The position numbers and the translations under genes are program-made. Below the pieces are notes generated by a model that was given only the letters and a program-made list of their open reading frames with translations, was not told where the DNA came from and ran no database searches. This document shows, piece after piece, positions 56,543 to 64,000 of a stretch of 64,000 nt of DNA. This DNA comes from Bacteroidales bacterium (GTDB lineage: Bacteria > Bacteroidota > Bacteroidia > Bacteroidales > UBA12077): assembly GCA_028282585.1 (NCBI GenBank), contig JANQHR010000028.1, positions 1 to 64,000 of the forward strand, given 5' to 3'. Each line of letters opens with the position of its first letter. Position 1 is the stretch's first letter.

Positions 56543-58699
56543 TTATTGTAAAGGCTTAATTATTTCAATTAGTTCCGGAAGATCCATTCCAATTTCTTTT
56601 AGGTGTTCTATTTTTGGAACTCCATTGTTGGTCCAGCCTCTTCTTTCATAAACGGCATCAAGCAATTTTTCATACTGTTCTTCTCTGTATTTTCTTGTAA
56701 TTGCAACTTTTTCCTCAGTTGATTTACCTTTTGGATCAACTCCAATGATATCTTTCATTTGACCATCGTAACGTTCTGCTCTCGATTCGTACTCTTCATT
56801 AGTTACAGGTCCTGCAGCACGATACGGTTGAGCATCATGTTTACGTAAACCATAACCACGACGGATATTAAAAATACGTTGGAAGTTATAAACTCGTTCA
56901 GACTGACGGATTAAACCAGCTTCGTTAAGTGGATTACCAGTAACACCTTCGTAAACTGCCAGGTAGTTTCTTAAGTGCTTAGGTATTTTATGAGGTTCTT
57001 CTTCAAACTTATTGTCTTCAGGAGTAACATCATTCCATACGATTTTACATAATCCTTGCAACCCAAACCATGTTCTGAACATTGGGAACCAGTGAAGCGC
57101 ATCGGCTTTATTTTCAAATGTAGGAATTTGATTATTTACCATATCCATAAAGATAAGCCATGCTTCATCATGCTGTGGCCCTTTGTTTGTCATTGCATAA
57201 CCACCCTGTTGAGCAAGCGATTCTTTAGAAACATATTGAGAGTACTCAAGTCCTTTATTTTCCATACCAATATCATTTAAGAAATCAGCATCTGCACCAT
57301 ACTCTTCAATGAAAAGTTTCTTCATTTGACGAACACCTGTTCCGGCTACTTTACCAAACCCTTCCCCTCTTGCAAGTTGATGTAATAATTCTAATGAAGC
57401 TTCAACATTACCAAAGTTAAGTTCTAGTCCGCCAGTAATTTCTTTATTGATAATTCCGTTTTCGTAACATTCCATTATAAAGGCAACAATAGTTCCCCAT
57501 GTAATTGTACAAATACCATAAGTATCACAATAGAAATTAGCTTCTATAATAGGATGGTAATCAAAAATACCAATGTTAGAGCCTAAACCGGCAGCTGTTT
57601 CGTATTCTGGTCCGTCAACAATCACTTTAGTTCCTTTATAAGGTCCTGTTCTTAGTTCAAATTCATCAGCTCCTTTTGCACATTGCATAGCACATCCAAT
57701 CCAACATGCATCGTTAACACCTAGTGTAAACCATTTATCTCTTAGAAAATCAGAGTGGATTTTAGGAGCATCATCATGAGTTCCATATTTGAAGTTATGC
57801 GTAGGAAGCAAATCATAATCGGCCATTACGTTTACGATATTTGCTGTTCCTTTTTTCTTCATTTGATTTTGCTTATCGTCAAGATCACGCATCTCGCCAG
57901 CATAGTCACGGCCCACTTTCGTGATCATATCCATATTAGCAACATTGTTAAGATTTCCTTTTACTCCGGAAGTTCTTGCAACAATGGCTTTAATATTTTT
58001 ATTACGGAAAACTGTTCCAATACCACCTCTACCTGCTTGCTTTAAACGTACCATCTTACGTTTGTTATCCCAGAATGTAAAATTAAGCATTCCGATAAGC
58101 GAGTTTTCTGCAGCAGCACCAGCAGAAACGATACCAATGTTTTTAGCGTCTTTTTCATCTTCCGCAAATAATTCAGTAAGTTCTTCACCTAAAATGTGAG
58201 AATCAACTGCAAAACCTGGGTCATCATAAATTTCTACTTTATGATTTACACCATCAAGATATATGATGACATCTTTATCAGCTTTACCTTGTAGCTCAAG
58301 AGCATCAAAACCAGCAAACTTCATAAATGGACCGAAGAATCCACCTACATTTGAATCCATTATAGAATCCGTTTGAGGAGAAATAGAAACTAGTAATGAT
58401 TTTCCGGCACCTGAATATTGCGTAATCCCTCCAATTGGGCCGGGAGAAATGATAATTTCATTTTCAGGATCATCCCACTTTGTATCTGGTGTTGTTGCGT
58501 CCCAAAGTAATCTTAATCCAAAACCTTTTCCTCCAACAAATTTATCTTTCATTTCCTGAGAAACCGGTTTTTCACTTACTTCTTTGCTTCCAACATTAAT
58601 GTATAACGTACGATTATTATATCCTTTCTCAATCGGATGCCAATCGTAACTCCACTCTTTTAGCAGTTTTTGTTCTGCTTTAAGCTTTTGAATATCCAT
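56543..58699 (-). CDS. aor: Aldehyde:ferredoxin oxidoreductase family tungstoenzyme, copy 2
   Basis: Same motifs as copy 1 (CWIGCAMQC, GPEYET); long identical blocks shared with copy 1. Confidence 0.9.
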   Translation of the reverse strand: MDIQKLKAEQKLLKEWSYDWHPIEKGYNNRTLYINVGSKEVSEKPVSQEMKDKFVGGKGFGLRLLWDATTPDTKWDDPENEIIISPGPIGGITQYSGAGKSLLVSISPQTDSIMDSNVGGFFGPFMKFAGFDALELQGKADKDVIIYLDGVNHKVEIYDDPGFAVDSHILGEELTELFAEDEKDAKNIGIVSAGAAAENSLIGMLNFTFWDNKRKMVRLKQAGRGGIGTVFRNKNIKAIVARTSGVKGNLNNVANMDMITKVGRDYAGEMRDLDDKQNQMKKKGTANIVNVMADYDLLPTHNFKYGTHDDAPKIHSDFLRDKWFTLGVNDACWIGCAMQCAKGADEFELRTGPYKGTKVIVDGPEYETAAGLGSNIGIFDYHPIIEANFYCDTYGICTITWGTIVAFIMECYENGIINKEITGGLELNFGNVEASLELLHQLARGEGFGKVAGTGVRQMKKLFIEEYGADADFLNDIGMENKGLEYSQYVSKESLAQQGGYAMTNKGPQHDEAWLIFMDMVNNQIPTFENKADALHWFPMFRTWFGLQGLCKIVWNDVTPEDNKFEEEPHKIPKHLRNYLAVYEGVTGNPLNEAGLIRQSERVYNFQRIFNIRRGYGLRKHDAQPYRAAGPVTNEEYESRAERYDGQMKDIIGVDPKGKSTEEKVAITRKYREEQYEKLLDAVYERRGWTNNGVPKIEHLKEIGMDLPELIEIIKPLQ

Positions 58700-58737
58700 G
58701 TTTATCTTTCTTAAAATTTATTTCGAGTTTATCATTT

Positions 58738-58810
58738 CAAAAATATAAAAATATAGCGCGCAAGTAAGGTATAAAATGACTAATATCAATATGTTATATT
58801 ATGCATATCG
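58738..58810 (-). promoter_or_regulatory. AOR2 promoter with conserved upstream operator block
   Basis: -7 box TATTTTTG plus ATGACTAATATCAATATGTTATATTATGCATATCG. Confidence 0.7.
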
Positions 58811-58917
58811 AGGTAGACTAACAAACTTTATTAAACGTATTTGAATATGAGCATTTTAATATACATACTGATTTCATTTTTAATAGTAAATTTGCACTTG
58901 AATAAATACGAAAAAAC

Positions 58918-59619
58918 GTGCAAGAACCATTAGAATATTTTTTCAAAAAATATGGAATTGATTTTAAAAGTATTGCTAGAATTGTTTGTGGTGAAACGTA
59001 TGTCGCAGTAGTTCTAAAAAATGGTAAAATTGGTGTCTGTGCTACATTGAATCATTACGTTAACATTAACATTCAAGATTTAAGGATTCCTGATTTACAA
59101 AACATTCAACATCGTATTGCTTTGAATGCTTATTATAACGCGGCATTTAATTATCAAAATCAATATGATACTACGATTGACATATTTGACAAAATTGATT
59201 TTAAAAAATATACTAAAATAGTAATGATCGGTTTTTTTCGATCGTTAGTTGAAAAATTCGAAAAAGACAAGATAGATCTAACGATTTTTGATAAGGCTGC
59301 TGAGGATGAAAAATTAACTGATATGGATAATCAACTTAAAGAGGTAACTAAAGCTGATGCTTTAATTTTATCATCAACCACAGTATTTAACAACACTTTC
59401 CTGGATTTGGTTGATGCAACAAAAGACGGATGCGATATATACACACTTGGCCCTTCGACCATATTACAAACAGAAATGTTTCAATATCGAAATATTAAAT
59501 TATTATTTGGTGCTATCTTTGGTCCTAATGATGTAAATACATTAAAGATTGTCCGACAGGGTGGCGGAACTAAACAGTTCTTACCATTTATGGATAAAGT
59601 TTTTCTGAATAACAAATAA
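58918..59619 (+). CDS. DUF364-family Rossmann-like protein
   Basis: VMIGFF, SSTTVFNNT and LGPST motifs; GTG start; -7 box TAAATTTG at 58887. Confidence 0.75.
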   Translation: MQEPLEYFFKKYGIDFKSIARIVCGETYVAVVLKNGKIGVCATLNHYVNINIQDLRIPDLQNIQHRIALNAYYNAAFNYQNQYDTTIDIFDKIDFKKYTKIVMIGFFRSLVEKFEKDKIDLTIFDKAAEDEKLTDMDNQLKEVTKADALILSSTTVFNNTFLDLVDATKDGCDIYTLGPSTILQTEMFQYRNIKLLFGAIFGPNDVNTLKIVRQGGGTKQFLPFMDKVFLNNK

Positions 59620-59632
59620 AATCTAAAAACTG

Positions 59633-59728
59633 TCGCTCTTCGACTCCCGATGTTACGGGCAGTGTGACAATTTATAATAAATTTCATATTGAGCCTGACC
59701 GCTATCTGGTAGGCTTGTTGAAATATGA
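59633..59728. repeat. REP doublet, copy 3, with insertions in both loops
   Basis: CTTCGAC[TCCCGATGTTACGGG]CAGTGTGACA and TCATATTGAGC[CTGACCGCTATCTGGTAGGC]TTGTTGAAATATGA. Confidence 0.75.
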
Positions 59729-59740
59729 TACATTTAAAAT

Positions 59741-60328
59741 ATGATCATGACTTTTGACGAAATAAAATCAAAACTTAAAAACTATACCGTGGGAATTGCC
59801 GGCGCTGGCGGACTAGGTTCAAATTGTGCCGTAGCACTTACCAGGGTTGGAATTGGAAAACTAGTTATTTCAGATTTTGATGTTGTTAACGAGTCGAACC
59901 TGAATCGCCAATATTTTTTTAGAGATCAGTTAGGGCAAAAAAAGGTTGAAGCACTTAAAGAAAATATTATCAGAATAAACCGTGAAGTCGAAATTATTAC
60001 CCGGGATGTTAAACTAAATGAAAATAATATTGTTGCAATTTATAAAGATTGTGATATACTAGTTGAAGCTTTTGACCTAGCTGAGATGAAAAAAATGCTA
60101 ATTGAAACATTTCTTTCTGAGTTACCAGAAAAAAAGATCGTGTTAGGTTTAGGTATGGCTGGCTGGGGCAATAGCAATTTGATAAAATTCAGGCAATCTG
60201 AAAATTTATATATTTGCGGCGACGAAAAATCGGAAATTGCTGATGATAATCCACCATTAGCACCAAGAGTTGGAATGGTAGCAAATATGCAAGCAAATAC
60301 GGTTTTAGAATTATTATTAAGAAGGTAA
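59741..60328 (+). CDS. thiF: ThiF/MoeB-family adenylyltransferase, copy 2
   Basis: GAGGLGS, SNLNRQ and EAFD motifs; paralog of 55921-56499. Confidence 0.88.
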   Translation: MIMTFDEIKSKLKNYTVGIAGAGGLGSNCAVALTRVGIGKLVISDFDVVNESNLNRQYFFRDQLGQKKVEALKENIIRINREVEIITRDVKLNENNIVAIYKDCDILVEAFDLAEMKKMLIETFLSELPEKKIVLGLGMAGWGNSNLIKFRQSENLYICGDEKSEIADDNPPLAPRVGMVANMQANTVLELLLRR

Positions 60329-60330
60329 AA

Positions 60331-60534
60331 ATGAAAATAACATTAAATAACAGACCTGAACTATTTGACTTTAAAAAAATAACCGTTACAAAACTGTTAG
60401 AACATAAGAATTATACTTTTAAAATGTTGGTAATAAAAGTTAATGGTAAGCTTGTAAAAAAAGATGCTTATGATAGCTTTGAATTAAATGATGGTGATGA
60501 TGTTACAGTACTTCATTTAGTAAGTGGCGGATAA
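60331..60534 (+). CDS. thiS: ThiS/MoaD-family sulfur carrier, copy 2
   Basis: Starts MKITLNNRPE like copy 1, ends SGG. Confidence 0.88.
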   Translation: MKITLNNRPELFDFKKITVTKLLEHKNYTFKMLVIKVNGKLVKKDAYDSFELNDGDDVTVLHLVSGG

Positions 60535-60537
60535 AAT

Positions 60538-60637
60538 GATTTCAGATTACAGATTACAAATTTCAGGTTTTAGGTTACAAATTTAAAATGCACTTATCAA
60601 CAAAGATCTGAAACCTCAAACCTGAAACCTTAAATCA
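60538..60637. repeat. Degenerate heptamer arrays in inverted orientation
   Basis: About 7 units of GATTTCA/GATTACA/GGTTTTA type, then about 4 units of CCTGAAA/CCTCAAA type. Confidence 0.7.
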
Positions 60638-60706
60638 ACAGATAATTGTTAATACTTTCCTGTTTTATTTTTTTGTTACACTTTCAATTTCTTTTAATAT
60701 TGTAGC

Positions 60707-61018
60707 ATGAGCTCAGCCGTTAAAATATGGAAAAAAATTTTGCCATTTGTTAAAAACAAATTCATTCTTACTTTTATCATTTTTATGACCTGGCTTTTAT
60801 TTTTTGATAGAAATAATCTAATTGACAGGGCAAAAGAATTACGGTATCTTAAACAACTAGAAAAAGATAAAAAATACTACATAGAGCGAATTGATAAAGA
60901 CTCCAAGCGATTGGAACAACTCAAAACAGACAACAAGAATCTTGAAAAATTTGCCAGAGAGCAATATTTAATGAAAAAAGATGATGAGGAGATTTTTGTT
61001 ATTGTTGAGGAAGATTAA
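60707..61018 (+). CDS. FtsB/DivIC-family septum formation initiator
   Basis: KNKF, WLLFFD, coiled coil, LEKFAREQYLMK. Confidence 0.88.
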   Translation: MSSAVKIWKKILPFVKNKFILTFIIFMTWLLFFDRNNLIDRAKELRYLKQLEKDKKYYIERIDKDSKRLEQLKTDNKNLEKFAREQYLMKKDDEEIFVIVEED

Positions 61019-62280
61019 AACTTACGTTCTAAACTTCTATATAATTCTAAATATCTTTTATAATTTTTCTCATCGGGTTTAATATTCTCTATTCTTTCCA
61101 ATAGTTTTTCTGCTTCCCCGAGCAAAGGTCTTTTTACATAGATATTCTCATGGGCAAAATTTAAAAACTTAAGAACTTTAAAAGCATCAAACCAATTGTA
61201 AAAACGTTTAATAAAAGTTTTAATATTTGAGCTATTCTTATTTATTTCATTTAAGGCTTCACTTATCTTATTCTCAACAAGAAACTTCGAAATACAATTT
61301 GGTAATTCTTTGATAATTTCTTCTGATTCAGATGTCTCTGCTTTAAAAAGATATTTAACTCTTGAAAATAAATCTCGTAATTCAAGAAAGGCATCAAAGT
61401 CATATGTAAGAAACTCCTTGGTTTTTGATTCAATGATTAATTTTATCATTGGTCCTGTTCCAAACGGAACTCGGTCCGATATTCGAGAAGAAGGAATAAC
61501 ACGTGTGGTATTTATTTCATAAGAGTTTCCCAGAGGAAAAACTTTATGTAAAAAATAAAAATCCTCACCAGCTTGTTTTCTGTTCATTCCCCCCTGTTTT
61601 ACGTAAGCATTAGCTCTAACCGCAAAACAAGAACCAACCGTATAATATGAATATGGGAAACATGTATGTGCTAAAGAAAGCTTATAGTAACGCATATACA
61701 ACTCATAAATCGCCGCTGCATTATAAATATTCTCATTAAATTCATTTCCTTCAACAGGATGCTCAAAATAAGTTGTAACCACATTTGTTTTTGGATACTT
61801 GGCAAAATGTTTTTCCAGTTCTGTAAAGTAATTTGATTTAACCTCCGAATCTGCATCCAACGAAATAATAATACCATTGTCTTTATTGAGCTCACTAAAT
61901 CGGGCAATTGCCTGATCCATTCCAATTTTACGAGCCAATCCGGCGCCTGCAAATTTCCTTGGTAAATCTTTTTCATGGATTATAAAAAAACGTAATGAAG
62001 AATCTTCATTTTCGTGAATCCAATTCTTCGTCTTATTTAATGTTTTTATATTTTGATCCAATATCTCTTTTCCTGAATCTTCAGATGAATTTATTATTAT
62101 TAAAATCTCTATCGAAGATTTAATTTTATTACAGTTCCTTAAAGAATAAAGTGTTTTGATAAGATTGAACTCGTTAAAACAGGGAATTACAACAATATAT
62201 TTAAGGTCAGGAAATGGTTTTGCTTGAATTTTTATTTTAAAATTCTTTTGTTTATCCAAATAAACATCTGCAAAACTCAT
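61015..62280 (-). CDS. Glycosyltransferase family 2
   Basis: VVIPCFNE, GLARKIGMD, LDAD and GEDFYF motifs. Confidence 0.85.
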   Translation of the reverse strand: MSFADVYLDKQKNFKIKIQAKPFPDLKYIVVIPCFNEFNLIKTLYSLRNCNKIKSSIEILIIINSSEDSGKEILDQNIKTLNKTKNWIHENEDSSLRFFIIHEKDLPRKFAGAGLARKIGMDQAIARFSELNKDNGIIISLDADSEVKSNYFTELEKHFAKYPKTNVVTTYFEHPVEGNEFNENIYNAAAIYELYMRYYKLSLAHTCFPYSYYTVGSCFAVRANAYVKQGGMNRKQAGEDFYFLHKVFPLGNSYEINTTRVIPSSRISDRVPFGTGPMIKLIIESKTKEFLTYDFDAFLELRDLFSRVKYLFKAETSESEEIIKELPNCISKFLVENKISEALNEINKNSSNIKTFIKRFYNWFDAFKVLKFLNFAHENIYVKRPLLGEAEKLLERIENIKPDEKNYKRYLELYRSLERKF

Positions 62281-62372
62281 AATTATTTATTCAATTGGGA
62301 GATTTGTTAATGACAAAAATGTTACTATTATTATTTATTCAATTGTCATTCGCTTTACAATTCAATTGATAT

Positions 62373-62405
62373 AAAAAAATGCCTAAAATCAAATTTAAGG
62401 CATTT
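62373..62405 (-). terminator. Probable terminator after ompH
   Basis: AAATGCCT / AGGCATTT stem with an A tract on the left. Confidence 0.6.
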
Positions 62406-62427
62406 ATAAGTATAAAGTATTAAAATA

Positions 62428-63033
62428 TTATTCCCCAGACTTATCGTACTTTTGATTCAATCCTTCAAGTACATCCATAGTAATATTTAAACTTTTATCT
62501 GTATAAAGTAACTGTCCACCGAATGAATTGCTAAATATATATCTGTAATTATATTCAGTGTTATATTCTTCTAAATAGTCCATAACCTCATTTAGTACCT
62601 GACGATACATCACTTGCTCTTCTTCAGCTAATTGCATTGCCAGATTATCTCTTGTTGCATATAACTGTTGTTCTTTCTGAGCAAGCTCTTGTTGTAGCAT
62701 CTGTGCCTTTGTTCGTGTAACTAACCCTTTGTTAACTTTATCCTGAAAATCACGAACTTCATTCTCAAAATTTCTTGATTGAATTTGTAATTCAGCTTCG
62801 GATTCATTTCTTTTTTGGGTTAACTCATCACTTTTATCAATGAATAAGTTATAATTACGCACTAATGTATCAATGTTTACATAAGCAATAGCATAATCTC
62901 TGTCGATAATTTGTTCCGTTCCATCCGCACTAACTTCCTTTTTAGTTGTTTTACTTCCTGAAAAATGTAAATAATAAATCCCTGCCACAGCTAAAATTAA
63001 AACAACATTTAACACAAGAGATACTTTCTTCAT
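62428..63033 (-). CDS. ompH: OmpH/Skp-family periplasmic chaperone
   Basis: IAYVNIDTL, coiled coil, NIT..VLEGLN. Confidence 0.87.
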   Translation of the reverse strand: MKKVSLVLNVVLILAVAGIYYLHFSGSKTTKKEVSADGTEQIIDRDYAIAYVNIDTLVRNYNLFIDKSDELTQKRNESEAELQIQSRNFENEVRDFQDKVNKGLVTRTKAQMLQQELAQKEQQLYATRDNLAMQLAEEEQVMYRQVLNEVMDYLEEYNTEYNYRYIFSNSFGGQLLYTDKSLNITMDVLEGLNQKYDKSGE

Positions 63034-63181
63034 AGTTTAAAAATTTAATTTTTATTAATCATATTTTAAAAAAGCAAATATAAACGAATATCAAACATCT
63101 TAAAAGAATTTTAATTTTTTTTATGATTTAAGGCTAACAAATTGATCTTATGGAAGAAGACTTTATTGGAAATATCTTTGC

Positions 63182-64000
63182 CTATAAAGTTGGACAAGGA
63201 ATAATTTTTCTCTTTTCTCGTTTAGTTACGCCCTGATTAAATAAATATGTTATTGAAATTTCATGGGCTCCACCTGTAAAACCAACTAACTTTGAAATGG
63301 TCAAATCATAACTATATCCAATACTAAACTGATCTACTTTAAATCCCAGTAAAAATGCTAATGCATCATTACTTGCAAGTTCCTTAAATACAGGAATTCC
63401 CCGATACCATAAGCCTATAACTAATGGCATCTGGTACCAGTATACGCCTAAATCTAACTGTGTATATTTATCCTGTATTTTAAATAAAAATGAGGGTGAA
63501 AGACTCTGTCCGCTGGCCCAATTATATCTGTCAAAAATATTGAGCCTAGTTCCTCCGTAAAATGAAAATTTCCATGGATCCTGCATTACTTCACCAGTTA
63601 ATGATCTATTTGGTTTAAGAATTCTATCCCAGGTAAATCCAAACCATAGGTTCTTATTAAATGCCAACGTAGAAAATGAAGCATCAATATCGGCTTTTTT
63701 TCCTAATATATCCTGTTCGATCGTAGGCGTACCGGAATCAAGTTCGTCATAAAATTCTAACGATGTAAAATCGATATTTCTTTGAGTATAGTAAAAACTT
63801 AATCCGGGACTTATACGCCATCCACTTCTAAATCTAAACTTATAAGAATATGCAATGCCAATATTAGTTGTTGCCAAAACACTCGCTCCTGCTTGCTCTC
63901 TGAATAAAATTAAACCAACTCCGCTTTTTAAATGAGGGAAATAGTGGTCATATCCGAGTGAGTATGTTTGAAAAGACTTAGAAATTGATGGCCATTGATT
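63182..64000 (-). CDS. PorP/SprF-family T9SS membrane protein, 5'-truncated by the window edge
   Basis: Frame is open to base 64000 (NQWP...); GLWYRG, GYSYD, GAHEISI and CP motifs. Confidence 0.88.
   Translation of the reverse strand, partial: NQWPSISKSFQTYSLGYDHYFPHLKSGVGLILFREQAGASVLATTNIGIAYSYKFRFRSGWRISPGLSFYYTQRNIDFTSLEFYDELDSGTPTIEQDILGKKADIDASFSTLAFNKNLWFGFTWDRILKPNRSLTGEVMQDPWKFSFYGGTRLNIFDRYNWASGQSLSPSFLFKIQDKYTQLDLGVYWYQMPLVIGLWYRGIPVFKELASNDALAFLLGFKVDQFSIGYSYDLTISKLVGFTGGAHEISITYLFNQGVTKREKRKIIPCPTL

Noticed and set aside
59620-59740. TPP riboswitch upstream of thiF-thiS
   Set aside because: No CTGAGA core; the hairpins match the REP family at 10914 and 43449
62282-62345. 16-bp direct repeat ATTATTTATTCAATTG, with a 15-bp inverted match at 47186-47200
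   Set aside because: Low-complexity AT-rich sequence; no function can be supported

Overview
AT-rich chromosomal segment of an anaerobic Bacteroidota bacterium, judged from T9SS genes (porU, porV, a PorP/SprF-family gene), TAnnTTTG -7 promoters and A-rich translation starts. Left to right it holds: porU-porV-ispF, mlaEFD, an orphan hutU, lemA with two TPM genes, a T9SS cargo protein and proline dehydrogenase; a six-gene operon with two formate dehydrogenase modules (one with electron-bifurcating signatures, one without); an orphan ParA plus partner; a CzcCBA-type efflux operon; two mirror-image sigma54 two-component/MacB-like permease cassettes; a CxxC TonB-dependent receptor; and two aldehyde:ferredoxin oxidoreductases with two thiF-thiS pairs. 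The best candidate for an undescribed system is a pair of small ORFs with no visible homology to each other (35909-36316 and 47211-47588). Both are near-leaderless and share one design: N-terminal membrane/signal helix, His-rich segment, 51-52 aa spacer, C-terminal RGPP. One precedes the metal exporter and the other the putative metal importer, suggesting metal-sensing ribosome-arrest leaders. Also notable: a conserved ModE/FNR-like operator upstream of both AOR genes, paralog-specific sigma54 enhancers, a decayed AOR fragment and nested REP/MITE-like palindromes. No rRNA, tRNA, CRISPR array or transposase was recognised. All calls come from reading motifs by eye; no searches were run.
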